Positions 38,876-50,897 of a DNA stretch of 64,000 bases are shown in pieces. The position numbers and the translations under genes were made by a program. This DNA is from Squalus acanthias (taxonomy: Eukaryota). Position 1 is the stretch's first letter. Each line of letters starts with the position of its first letter. Below the pieces are notes generated by a model, which saw only the letters and a list, made by a program, of their open reading frames with translations, was not told where the DNA came from and made no database searches. The stretch lies in assembly GCA_030390025.1 (NCBI GenBank), contig CM059431.1, positions 108,006,001 to 108,070,000 on the forward strand, read 5' to 3'.

Positions 38876-39743
38876 AGCCACGATTTTGCCGGCGCTCAGA
38901 GAGGCGGGTCGGAGGTTAAAGTCCTTCTGGTTGATGGCGGGTCCCGAACCCGCCTCCAAACAACCCTCCCAAACAACCTTCCCAAGTGTCAGGTCCCCGA
39001 TTTGCGAATGGACCTGACACCTAGCGGCGGGAAATGGATTAATGGCAATTAACTGCCTATTAACAGGTACTTGTCAGAAGTTTTCAGGCTGTTTTTCAAT
39101 TTTCCCGCTTCTGGGTCGGGTTTCACGACGTCCGGACACCACGCCAGGTAAGTGTGGCATGTTGTGAGACTGGTCTAATGTTTGTGAAAAGATGACAGCT
39201 GCAGAAGTGGTGTGAAGGATCCAATGTTGCACATGGTGAGTTTCAAAGCAAAGAAAATGTTGGTGACTGCATTTTTAATACATATACAGATTTCTTTAGC
39301 TCACAAGTTTTTAAATCCAACTGGACATCCAGTGCCACTTCATTGGGAGAACCTCTCTCACCAGTGACAGATCGCTTCTGTCATCTCACCTGCAGCTGCC
39401 ATCTATTCCAGCATATGGAGGGAGTCATTGGAGAGCCTGGCTGCAAGAGTTCACCTTTGTGCAGTGATTGTCAGTGTTTTCAGCACCTCAATGCTGTCAA
39501 ACACTGAAAAATCAACTGTCAAAATAAAATTGTGCATGGTTCCTTTAAGGAAACCAGCAGATGACGCATCATCAAATGACGTCATCAGACCCGCTTCCTG
39601 TTAATTGGCTGGTAAAGGTGGGCTTAACAAGGCCAATCAAGGGAAAATCACACCTGTGGAGCAGAGGCAGCTGGGGGGCGGGACTGGAAGCCGGAAACCA
39701 GCTGACCCGCCCCCATCCCGACACGGAGGAGAAAATCGCGGCC
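38876..39743. mobile_element. Harbinger-derived MITE, inverted relative of 17187-18970
   Basis: TIR agccacgatttt / aaaatcgcggcc; TAT duplicated; shares the tgacgtcatttgatga block. Confidence 0.8.
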
Positions 39744-40630
39744 TATAGCTCTAGAGTCCCATTTGTGAATTATTTTTAGCGTTATTTTATCCCCCAGAAG
39801 GCAGTTGAGCTGCAAGGGCTAAAAACTGCCTATTTTTACAAGATTTTTATTTTTTCATTTTCCCTTTAAGAGGATGAAATGACAGCCTTGCTTTAAGAGA
39901 AGGCTGTTCTTGCTGCAATGATGCCACGGCCACGCTACATTAGGGCCTCCTGCCGGGGACGAACGCCACGTGATTGGCGTTGCACAGCAAGTTTAGCGCT
40001 GGGTTAATGTCAATTAGCCACCAGCGGCAATTTACCGGTCCTGCCAGCACCATCATTTTCGGCGGCCGTTAACCTGCGGTGGCACCGGCAGGTTTTTACC
40101 GATATCGAATTTTTAGGCCCAAGATTGATATCTGACTGATTTTACACCCCATCTCGCCAAACTCTGGTACCACCAGCAATGGTAACCTTAAAATATAACC
40201 TTATATATACTGCTGCCAGTACTCTACATTCAGTAGTAGCTCTGCGATCTCTTCCACCACTATTATATCCTCAGGTCCTTGCCACACAAGTCAGAATGAA
40301 ATTGTCTTCTTGAGTTTTAAAAAAAAAGCTGCATCTGTTGTTTGTGATTATTTCATCATATATCTGACGAGAAAGCGAAGATTCTCACTGCAACAAAAAA
40401 AATTGGAAGAGGCAGGAGAAAAAGCTATTTAGCAACAAACTAATGAAATCAAATTCATCTTGTACCTCTGTCTGGAAGTGATTATGATGATGAAAAGCCA
40501 CTCGCACTGCTTCTCCTGCGCCCCAGTATTACTGCCGAGCATGTTGAAACTACGTCATCATTAGGATCTGAATCCCCTTGTGGTGCTTTGTGTCTCAGTT
40601 CTAAACTAATGTGAATGTAGAACCAAAAGT

Positions 40631-40900
40631 GGGGGCGATTTTAACCCTGCTCGCTCAGCAGAAACTGTGGCGGGTGGGCAGTTAAAATCGCTCTGGCTCT
40701 TACTTGTCCGAAAGCTGCCCACGATCGCAACATCTACAATTTTAACCTGCTCTCCTGAGCAGGCAGCAAGGACACACGCCCGGAGCCAACAGGGTCCTTC
40801 TTTACCCAGGCATGTTGCGGCCCGATGACATCATTGAGACCCGACTGTAATTTTAACTCAGGCCTGAGCAGGGAATCCACCTGGAGCTAAAATCGGGGCC
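40631..40900. mobile_element. Short MITE
   Basis: gggggcgattttaac / gctaaaatcggggcc; flanks agt/aat. Confidence 0.6.
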
Positions 40901-41082
40901 AATATTTTGAGTCGCTGAAATAGGAAGTGGACAACAATGCTTAACTTACTTTGATTATTTTTCTCTTATTTCTAATTGTAATTTGTATGTATCATTCTGT
41001 TTTTTGCCAATATTTGATTATGTTTTGTGCTTTGTGCTTTGAATACTGTACTGTGTATGTGCTGTTAGAACCATAGTCGGAT

Positions 41083-41827
41083 GGGCCAGAAATTCAACTT
41101 TCAGGCTTCCTGCGGGTGCAAGCATCGCACGCGTACTTGCCCACCGCGCCTGCAGTTGTGCTTCGGGTCCTGGGCCTCCTCCAGCTGCCGGCGTGCAGTG
41201 CTTGTGTATCCCAGGGGCGCAGTTAGTTCGAAGCGTCCCCTGGGATCACGTGGGCCATGGAGAGCCAATCCTAGCAGGGCATTTTCATTCATAGATTTGA
41301 CAGGAAGACCTGTCAAATCTATGAATAGAGATCGGCCCCAAAACCACACTTAAACTTCAAATATTTTTTTTTTTTATCACATTTTTAAAATAACTATAAG
41401 TTACATAAATTAACTACTTTAAACAAAAATTTAAATTTTTGAAAAAATTAATTATACTTTTTAACGGTGCTAAAAATAAACTTACCTTTCTTTAAAGTAT
41501 CTAAAAAAGATAAACCTGTTGAAAAAATGTTTAAATTGTAATTAATTAACCACTTACCTTGTTAAAAACAGGCCTTGCGCCTCCTTTTTAAAAGTGCAGC
41601 TTCTTCATACTTACCTTCCCGGAGAAACCGGAAAAAAAACCTGAAGTTCGCTGCGTGCGCGCAGCCTCTCCCGCGCACGCGTTCAACTTCTGAACCCCTC
41701 CCTTCAGGGGAACGGAAGTTTCGGTTTCCCGTGCATGCACAGTGCATGCAGAAAACCGACACTTCAGGTGGCCTTACGGGTGAGTACACAGCGCGTACTC
41801 ACCCGACAACAGACGAATTTCTGGCCC
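41083..41827 (+). mobile_element. MITE family A, copy 1
   Basis: TIR gggccagaaattc / gaatttctggccc; GAT duplicated. Confidence 0.92.
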
Positions 41828-43727
41828 GATGTGCTGCTATTTGAGCCCAAGAAGCTACATCAAATAACTATATTTGATAAATAAAGCTATCACATCCAAT
41901 CTCGGATCAATAGAACCACTCTGTTACCTTCACCAGCAAAACAAAGAGTATTTTTAAGATGTGACACCTATTACTTCTCCTCAGTGATTCTGTATTGAAG
42001 GAGTATTCCGGCTTCTGACAGCCACATGGGATTCTGATGCCACTGTTCCTCCACATAGTGTGCACTCTGATGACCCTAATCTATGCCAGCCATGTCTGGT
42101 GTTGTTTGGCTGCTGTCACTTCTGACAGGGATAACCGATGGCCCACACTTGACATCCTCTTGACAGCCTCTTAGATGATCCATGACTACTACAGGCACGC
42201 TATTGCTATTGGGCACTCCCTCAGAATATCCACTGATCTGTCTAAGAACTGAACTTTGGGCAATATCAAATCTGTGGATGCTGGGTTCAAGGTTGTCTCT
42301 ATCAGATCTTCAAGCAGGATGACATCTCGAAGACAGGAGTCCAAGGCTATTGTAGCAGCAATATTAACATTCATGAAAGATGCTCCCACTCTGCTTATGA
42401 CCTGTGCCACTGAGGGCTCTGCTCCCGATTCCACAGGAGTTCATCCAACACTTCACAACTCTGAATCATGACCTCTTCCCAAGACCTTGCTTTGTATGGA
42501 CACTGGTGATCATCCTGCTCAAGACAGGAATCTCCGTTTAAAAACAGTCCTTTGAAATTAAATTTCTGGATGTTACATGACAATCAGTAACTACTCTGGG
42601 TCTCTGGCCAGCAGGTGCTTTGTCTAGGCAGATAACACATTTGCTCCTCCTCACCCATGCACAGCAAGATCAGACTATTTCATCTATATACATTCAGTTG
42701 TAACTTCTGGGAAGAGGGAGTAGCCATCTCTACCATACGTTCTCTCCCTCATTTTTCATACCCCTTTAAGTTGTACTTCCAATGCCCTGTCATCTAAAGT
42801 AGCACTTTGTTGCTTCCCATGCGCCATTTCTGGGGTTCAAACAATTGCTTATTACTTTTTAAAGGATGCTAGTCATGACAAGTGATCCTTTGTACTCCAC
42901 TGGGTGCTCCACTGTTTATTTCCCATAGTGTGTGCTAAATCTCAAGGCAAGTTAAACAGTAAAGTCTCAGGCTGACAAGCATGCTTAATTACATTGGAAA
43001 AGCTTAAACAGCACTTAGTTCAACATTTCACACTGCATCAATAATCATTTCTAGACCTGCCAATGAAAAAAAGGTGAAACAGTTTGATCTGCCAGCTGGT
43101 TTGTTTGTGTTAACTTCCTCAAAGTAAATGCTGCAAATGATTTGAATGGAGTACCAAGGGACTAAAGGGCAAGATCCAATTAGACAATGAGAAGTACCAA
43201 CACTTTTTTTTCAACCTTGTCCAAGTCATGGTCTCTTTCCAAACTCTGTGACTGTCAATACCGCCCGAAAAGATTTAGCAGGAATTTGGTAATATTGCCC
43301 CGAAGATGATGATGCTGAAATCTTGTTAAGTTTTTAATAAACCTCAAGGGCAACAAGAACCAAATTGTTGAGGTAAATCTTCAGCTCTGGCTCAATCTGA
43401 TGATCTTTTTACGGATTAGCTAAAGTATAATTGTTAAGGTCTATGCACATTCTTAATTACTTTCTTGCAGTGGATTAAATTAGCATATTTGAGCTTTTTG
43501 TTAGCTGGAAATTAATAAGCACAGCATATGAATGTATAAATCTTGTATGTTGGCAAAGTTGACTAAAGATTTAAGTTTGTTTTATAGTCTAATCTCATCG
43601 ACTGTTAAGGAGAGCTATCAAAGGCGTGCAAATTTTTCTTGCATTTTGGCACTTTGAGTGTTCTACTATTCATCTTTAACAAATGCCTCTAGCTTTTCCA
43701 TTTTGTATTTAATTTCAAACTGTAAAA

Positions 43728-44199
43728 TGTGTCAGCTGTGGCTCAGTGGGTAGCACCCTCGCCTCTGACTCAGAAGGTTGTGGGTTGAAGTCCTACTCCA
43801 GAGACTTGATCACAAAAATCCAGGCTGACACTCCAGTGCAGTGCTGAGGCAGTGCTGCATTGTCGGAGGTGCCGTCTTTCGGATGAGACATTAAACCGAG
43901 GCTCCGTCTGCCCTCTCAGGTGGACGTAAAAGATCCCATGGCATTATTTTGAAGAAGAACAGGGGAGTTATCCCTGGTGTCCTGGCCAATATTTATCCCT
44001 CAACCAACATCACTAAAACAGGTTATCTGGTCATTATCACATTGCTGTTTGCAGGACCTTGCTGTGCGCAAATTGGCTGCCGCGTTTCCTACATTACAAC
44101 AGTGACTACACTTCTAAAAAAAAGTACTTCATTAGCTGTAAAGTGCTTTGGGACATCTGGTGGTCGTGAACGCACTATATAAATGCAAGTCTTTCTTTT
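43728..44199 (+). mobile_element. Full-length tRNA-derived DeuSINE (SacSINE1-like)
   Basis: A box tggctcagtggg, B-box-like ggttgaagtcc, conserved core, tail ctatataaatgcaagtctttcttt. Confidence 0.88.
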
Positions 44200-45739
44200 A
44201 GACAACAGATAATGAATGAACATGTATCCCTGTTATTGGAAATGCTCTCCACTTTGTTACTTTGAAGGTTTTAATGAAAGCCTTCTTTTTATGTCCTTTG
44301 ATGGAGCTAATTAAAATGGCAAGGGCATGCAGGTTATTTATTGAAGGAACAATGGCTTTGGTGTATATTGTGCACTGAAAGCAGTCACTGAATACCCACT
44401 GACAGGTCAGTAAGCACTCTAATTGCTGTTGTATGCAATATTAAGCTAACAGGTGATAAGGCAAACACTGTGCATGGCCATCAATGCAGCAAACTGATAG
44501 AGCTACATTCCTAGTCATGAACAGCCATATTTTTCAGTGATCGATCAATATTTTTATAGCTCACCAGCTACATGACATGTTTTAAGGATTAGCAGCCAAA
44601 ACAAGAAAGCTTGGCTTCACTGATACACAATCTAATATAAATCAAATGAAACTGAAACTGAATAATGTTAAGAGAGCAAGCATACAGACATCATCTTATT
44701 AAGGGTTTCTTGTACCTAACTGGCAAACAGATGTGAATAAAGTGATCTATCATATATCACGCTCCATTCCTCCAACATTGTATGCTCTGCTTAGACTCGT
44801 ACAGAACGTTTTACGTAATTGACAGTAACTTAATAGTATGCAATTATAATCAGCTACGACAAAAGATATTACAAGTTCTGAACTATAAAGGAGTACAGAA
44901 GATGAAGTGTCACTTGATAGCTGTAGATAAAACTATAGACATCATTTGAATTGGATTAGCACGGTAGTTTTATTACGGCATAGTCTGTGAAAGTATACTG
45001 GAAAAACTGCATATATATTGTGCAGATCAAAACTGTTAATTAACACAGAGGCTGGATAAAGAGGATTATTGGACATCCTGGAGAGATTGTATGTTGGACA
45101 TCTTGGGGAGTTAAGGATTAATAGTCGAACTTCTTTGTATCTTAAAGCAACAGGCTTTCCAAGATATAAACACGATGACTTTGAAGTGTTGCAAAAGGAA
45201 TGCATTGCTTGTCTTCTGATATGTAAAGTGCTTGTGTAAGGAAATAAGTATAAGTAAAGCGGGGGTAGCAAATCCATTTGATGAGGTCTTGTTTAAGGGA
45301 AGTAGTTCTGAAATAAACAAACTACAACTGTTTACATGAATAGTCGATTTTCAAAGGGTTTGGGAATAGATACATCATACAGTCTTATCTCTGATATTTT
45401 CCTTTGATGATGTCAAAATATGGTGTATAAAGGATCATGATTTTCAACAGTATCTCAGAGTGTTCTTGAAAGATACAGAAACCAGGAAAAACCACTCTCT
45501 GTATACAGTTAAAAGCCGATCACCTTTTACTCTGTATTAATAAAGTCTGTTCCGTATACTCCACTACAAAGTCTCCTGCTTACTGGAAACGTGTTGTTGT
45601 GAAGCAGATGAGAAAGGAGGTTGACTGCTAACAAGGACAGTCCACACCCCTGGGTTCAACCAGCCTTTCTTCCATCACATTGCTGGGCCACGGGGGCCTT
45701 CTCTTTGCCAGATTTTCCATGCTTCCCTCCTTCTCTGCT

Positions 45740-46210
45740 TTTCTGTGGCACTTATTTACATCTCCTCTGGACCCATCTATTGTTTCTGTACTTGTCTCAT
45801 TAGCAGCTCATTTTACCTTGCACCATCATCCCTTTTGGCATTTAACCACTCCTGCCTTAATCCCTCCACCCGACCACAGACCTCGCCCTTTTGGCATTTA
45901 ACCACTCCTGCCTTAATCCCTCCACCCGACCACAGACCTCGCCCTTTTGGCATTTAACCACTCCTGCCTTAATCCCTCCACCCAACCACAGACCTCGCCC
46001 TTTTGCTCTTTCCATGCCCCACCTTTTCCCAGGCTCAGCACTTGCTTAAAAGCTGTTCATCTCGAACGTCTGACAGTTCTGTTGAAATTCATTGGCTTGA
46101 AACGTTAACTCTGATTCTCTCTCCACAGATGCTGCCTGACCTGCTGAGTATTTCCAGCCTTTTCTTGTTTTTATTTCAGATTTCCAGCATATGCAGTATT
46201 TTGCTTTTGT
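45740..46210 (+). mobile_element. Penelope-like 3' fragment containing a 56-bp tandem triplication
   Basis: Homologous to 55180-55515. Confidence 0.75.
45830..46005. repeat. 3 x 56-bp tandem repeat
   Basis: Units start 45830, 45886, 45942; near-identical. Confidence 0.95.
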
Positions 46211-46529
46211 AAGGAGAACTGTCGTTTATTTTCTCTTTTTTATTCCCAAATAATTAAATGACCCTTATTTTAAGTATATAAGAAGAGTGGATAAATAACC
46301 TGATCTCAAGTATTGTCCAATGCCTCTCATGAGTCGGTTGAGTTATAGGAGAACAGTGTGGAAAATCTATACTCACCCCAGGAGTAAATTGCGGGAACAA
46401 TCTGTAATCTCAGCAAACAGACCACCAAGATAAAGCACTTGCTGGCTGAAATCAAAATTCTGGTTTTGACTATTTCTCCTATTGCAAGGTATTTATCTGT
46501 TTACCCTCTTTGCTTTTAATTTTGTTATA

Positions 46530-46817
46530 GTCTCTCTGCGCTCCTCCAATTCTGGCCTATTGCGTGAACCCGATTTACATCGTTCCACCATTGGCGGCCG
46601 TGCCTTCAGTTGCCTGGGCCCTAAAACTCTGGAATTCCCTACCAAAATCTCTCCACCTCTCTACCTTTCTCTCTCCTTTAAGACGCTCCTTAATACCTAC
46701 CTCTTTGACCAAGCATGTCCTAATATCTCCTTATGTGGCCCAGTGTCAAATTTTGTCTGGTAATGCTCCTGTGAAGTGCCTTGGGACGCTTTACTACGTT
46801 AAAGACGCTATATAAAC
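46530..46817 (+). mobile_element. L2-type LINE 3' fragment
   Basis: SLRSSNSGLL...STIGGRAFSCLGPKLWNSLP...FKTLLNTYLF. Confidence 0.85.
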
Positions 46818-46866
46818 TTGTTTCATCATCAGTCTTGCTCGCATTTTATCTGAGCAAAGAAACATT

Positions 46867-47630
46867 GGGCCAGAAATTCAGCTTTCAGGCTTCCTGCGGG
46901 TGCAAGCACCGCGCGCGTACTTGCCTACCGCGCCTGCAGTTGTGCTTTGGGCCCATGAGGACTTCGGGTCCTGGGCCTCCTCCAGCTACCGGCGCGCAGT
47001 GCTTGTGTATCCCAGGGGCGCAGTTAGTTCGAAGCGTCCCCTGGGATCACGTGGGCCATGGAGAGCCAATCCTAGCAGGGCATTTTCATTCATAGATTTG
47101 ACAGGAAGACCTGTCAAATCTATGAATAGAGATCGGCCCCAAAACCACACTTAAACTTCAAATACATTTTTTTAAAAACATCACATTTTTAAAATAACTA
47201 TGTTACATAAATTAACTACTTTAAACAAAAATTTTAATTTTTGAAAAAATTAATTATACTTTGTAACGGTGCTAAAAATAAACTTACCTTTCTTTAAAGT
47301 ATCTAAAAAAGATAAACCTGTTGAAAAATATTTTAAATTGTAATTAATTAACCACTTACCTTGTTAAAAACAGGCCTTGCGCCTCCTTTTTAAAAGCGCA
47401 GCTTCTTCATACTTACCTTCCCAGAGAAACCTGAAAAAAAAAATTGAAGTTCGCTGCGTGCGCGCAGCCTCTCCCGCGCACGCGTTCGACTTCTGAACCC
47501 CTCCCTTCAGGGGAACGGAAGTTCCGGTTTCCCGCGCATGCGCAGTGCATGCAGGAAACCGGCACTTCAGATGGCCTTACGGGTGAGTACACAGCGCGTA
47601 CTCACCCGACAAGAGCCGAATTTCTGGCCC
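46867..47630 (+). mobile_element. MITE family A, copy 2
   Basis: Same TIR; ATT duplicated; nearly identical to copy 1. Confidence 0.92.
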
Positions 47631-47787
47631 ATTAATTTCAGGTATGTTTCACACCTCTGTACAATTGCAGGATTCTTTTAAAAAATGGACATACTGGCAA
47701 AAATGTATTGTTTGTGTCCACCAGCTTGAAGGGTTGTCCCTGACTGCACTTGGCAACATGATCCTAGAAAGTCAACAAGATTACAAT

Positions 47788-48525
47788 GGGCCGTAATTTG
47801 CGGCCCCAATGGGTGCGTACGAGGTGCGCACGCGCCCGTAGGGGCCGGGCAAGTTCCGGGTTTAGGCATACGAAGCGCCTGCGCTGAAACCCGGCACTTG
47901 CGATCTGTTGAGAATTCTCTTGACAGATCATCCACACCCCTCGGGAAAAGGGTCTCCGTGGGCGGAGAGTTGCGATATTTGACCAACGTCTGCCCAGCAA
48001 ATGCCCTTGAAATTCTTACACCTGGTAAGGCCTGCTTTTACCAGAGTTTTAAAAAATAGAAAAATAAAATGTTATCACTCATTTATACATTAAAAACCCT
48101 GTCCAATAAGGTAAGTTTATTTTTAGCCTCGTTAAAACATATACAGTTTTTTTCAAAAAATTAAATTTTTGTTTAGAATATTTAATTAAATGGCATTTTA
48201 AATATGTAATTTTGTAATGTTTTTATTTCATGTGATCGTGTATTTTTTAAGTGATCCCCATTCATACTTATGGACATTCTGTATATACGGAATCCCCATA
48301 AGTATGAATGGGGATTCCCCTTCTTTCATTGGTTGGGCCGGCCCACGTGATCCCAGGGGCGCAGGCGGTTCACAAGCGCCCCTGGGATACGTGGGCCTCT
48401 GCCCGCTTGTACCAGGAGAGAGGCCCAGGATCGCAAATCAACAAACCACCAAGTAAAAGTTCGTAGATTTTTTGCAGGTCGGAGGCATCCGCCCGCGGGA
48501 AGCCTCCGACCGCAAATTTTGGGCC
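47788..48525 (-). mobile_element. MITE family B (distant relative of A, inverted)
   Basis: TIR gggccgtaatttgcgg / ccgcaaattttgggcc; AAT duplicated; shares cccacgtgatcccagggg and aaggtaagtttatttttagc blocks with A in reverse. Confidence 0.88.
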
Positions 48526-49086
48526 AATATTTTCATGCTGGTACACCTTAACTGGTTCAATACAGCCCACTGGATGCAGCAAGGAAGGACGCAGGTCAAA
48601 AATGTAATCAGGTAGCAGAACGGATCACTACCGCAGCTTGCTAAACACTCACAGGGGCTATTACATTTTGTAACCTTGACAGCTTTACCAATTTATAAGA
48701 TGGTGAAAAAGTAGTGTTTTATTTAAGTGGAAATCCAATGAATCCAAAGACCAAATCTGACAGCGCCATCATTTTTGGGCCAAGAGTTTAATAGTAGAGT
48801 GGCAACTTCGAATCCCAAACGTAACAGGCACGGCCATGTAACAGAGCACCATCTGATATCGAAGATCTTGATTGGGTTGAAGGAATGGGGGATGGTGCGG
48901 TTGTACCAGGGGAATAAGTGGGAACTAACAGAATCATCCTGAAAATGCTTGTTTTCTGTAAATAGGTAAGTAGATGACCCAACCATCTTAACCTTTTAGG
49001 GGAAGGAAATAAAGCATATTAGTATCGGAAGATTTAAAAGAGAGAGAAGTAGGGACAATAGAAATGTTTAAAGTGATTTAACTTAC

Positions 49087-49299
49087 CTGAGGTGGTAGCA
49101 GTGGCAACCTGATATAGGCAAGCAGTGTGCCAAGGTCTCTACACCTTCTTTGCACGTCATATTTTACCCACATCATCAGGGCATGGAATATTGTCTCTTC
49201 ATCGGGAACATTCACGTCATCACTTACAAGAAGCTTAAGGATGTCATCTGCAGGGAGTAGCAGAAATTCCTGATTTTTGATCACCTCCATAATGTGTTC
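49087..49299 (-). CDS. klhl1: Internal coding exon (213 nt, phase 0/0) of kelch-like protein 1, BACK domain
   Basis: Translates [71 protein letters not shown]; acceptor ttttcacAG at 49300-49301, donor GTaagt at 49086-49081. The [22 protein letters not shown] string matches KLHL1 better than KLHL4/KLHL5 as I recall them. Confidence 0.9.
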
Positions 49300-50304
49300 C
49301 TGTGAAAATAAAATTAAAAATGACTGTTCTCAGAAATCATGGTTGAGCTCATTCTCTGGTCCCCGTGGAGTCTTTTTTAATATACTCATAGACCCAAGTT
49401 TACAAAGATCCCACAATCCCACCTCTCCCCATTGTTGCACGCACTATATCTTAAATAATTTTAGGATTTTGACCTCCATGTGCTACCCAGAAATCCACAT
49501 CATATTTTTGGGACTTCTGCCTCTGATGCTTTCTTCATGCTCAGCACCAAAACAAGCCCTTGTCCTACGAGCCAGTGTCTCTTTCCACTCCCAACATCAG
49601 AGTAACTGTTTGTGAGCTCGGGGATCAAACAGAAACCCTTATTTCAGCTTATCGGATATATCACATACCCTCTCATCAGCTTCTTAACTTTGGAAAGTTG
49701 TAGAATAGGCAAAGGTTTGGTTATGTATGTCACCACCCTTAGCAGAAGAACGGAGCAAATTAGAATGATGTTATCAAAATGATATTCGAGGTATTTTGTA
49801 GATTTACCAGCGTTATGGTGCATTTAAGAAAAAAGCTGAACATATTAAAACTGGCTCTGTAATAAACATTTGTAATTCAGGTAGTTAACTGTACAAAACT
49901 TTGTTATGGTCAGCTGAGCAAATATATTTGTATATTTAATATCCCAGCTGATCGAAGCGCCTCCAATCATGAGAAATAAGTTGCACAAAATCAAGAGAAT
50001 CAAAATTTAAATACAGACTCTCAGTAGATCAAGTTATAAATTAAATGATCAATTTCCTCCTAATTTTCTTGACATCTAACAGTGGTCCAAGGCATAGTTC
50101 CTGGCCAGGTCCCTGGAGTTTGACATTCAGAAAGAACTTGTAACTGTAAGAGGAGACAGCTTTGACAATCCAAACCATAGCACAGTAGCACATTCAATAT
50201 AGTGCCATCTCTGGAGTGGTAAGATATAGGGGGAGACTATAGTGTGTGGATTTGCATAATGAATGCCAAGCATTTCAAACTGCAGAAAATATTAAAGTGC
50301 TAAA

Positions 50305-50897
50305 ACTCTCATCCATGCCTTTATTACCTCTAAACTTGACTATTCCAATGTTCTCCTGGCCGGCCTCCCACCTTGCACCCTCCATAAGCGTGGGCTCATC
50401 TAAAACTCTGCTGCTGGATCCTGACTCGCACCAAGTCCAGTTCCCCCAATCGCCCCTATGCACCACTGACCTACATTGGCTTCCGGTCCTGCAATACTGA
50501 AATTCTCATCCTTCTTTTCAAATCCCTCCACCTCCTCACGCCTCCCTATCTCTGTAACCTGCTCCATCCCTACAACCCTCTGAGATCTCGGCGCTCCTCT
50601 GGTTCTGGCCTCTTGCACATCCCCGATTATAATCACGCCACCATTGGCGGCCGTGCCTTCTGTTGCCTCGGCCCTAAGCTCTGGAATTCCCTCACTAAAC
50701 CTCTCCGCCTCTCTACCTCTCTCTCCTCCTTTAAGACGCTCCATAAAACCTACCTCTTTGACCAAGCTTTTGGCAACCTGTCCTAAATAACTCCTTATGT
50801 GGCTCAATGTCAACATTTTGTTTGATAACGCTCCTGCGAAGCACCTTGGAATGTTTTATTATGATAAAGGCGCTATATAAATGCAAGTTGTTGCTGT
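50305..50897 (+). mobile_element. L2-type LINE 3' fragment
   Basis: LIHAFITSKLDYSN...LHWLPV...GGRAF...LWNSL; tail ggcgctatataaatgcaagttgttg. Confidence 0.88.

Noticed and set aside
41240..41270. ER stress response element (CCAAT-N9-CCACG)
   Set aside because: CCAAT orientation and spacing relative to CCACG do not fit ERSE; treated as a generic CCAAT/E-box pair
42000..42720. Possible very old LINE coding remnant or unknown exon
   Set aside because: Only vague peptide resemblance; no motif or splice structure I can support
43728..43805. tRNA gene
   Set aside because: tRNA-derived head of a multi-copy SINE; no proper cloverleaf or terminator
45830..46005. CRISPR-like array
   Set aside because: Contiguous identical units without unique spacers; eukaryotic context, no cas genes
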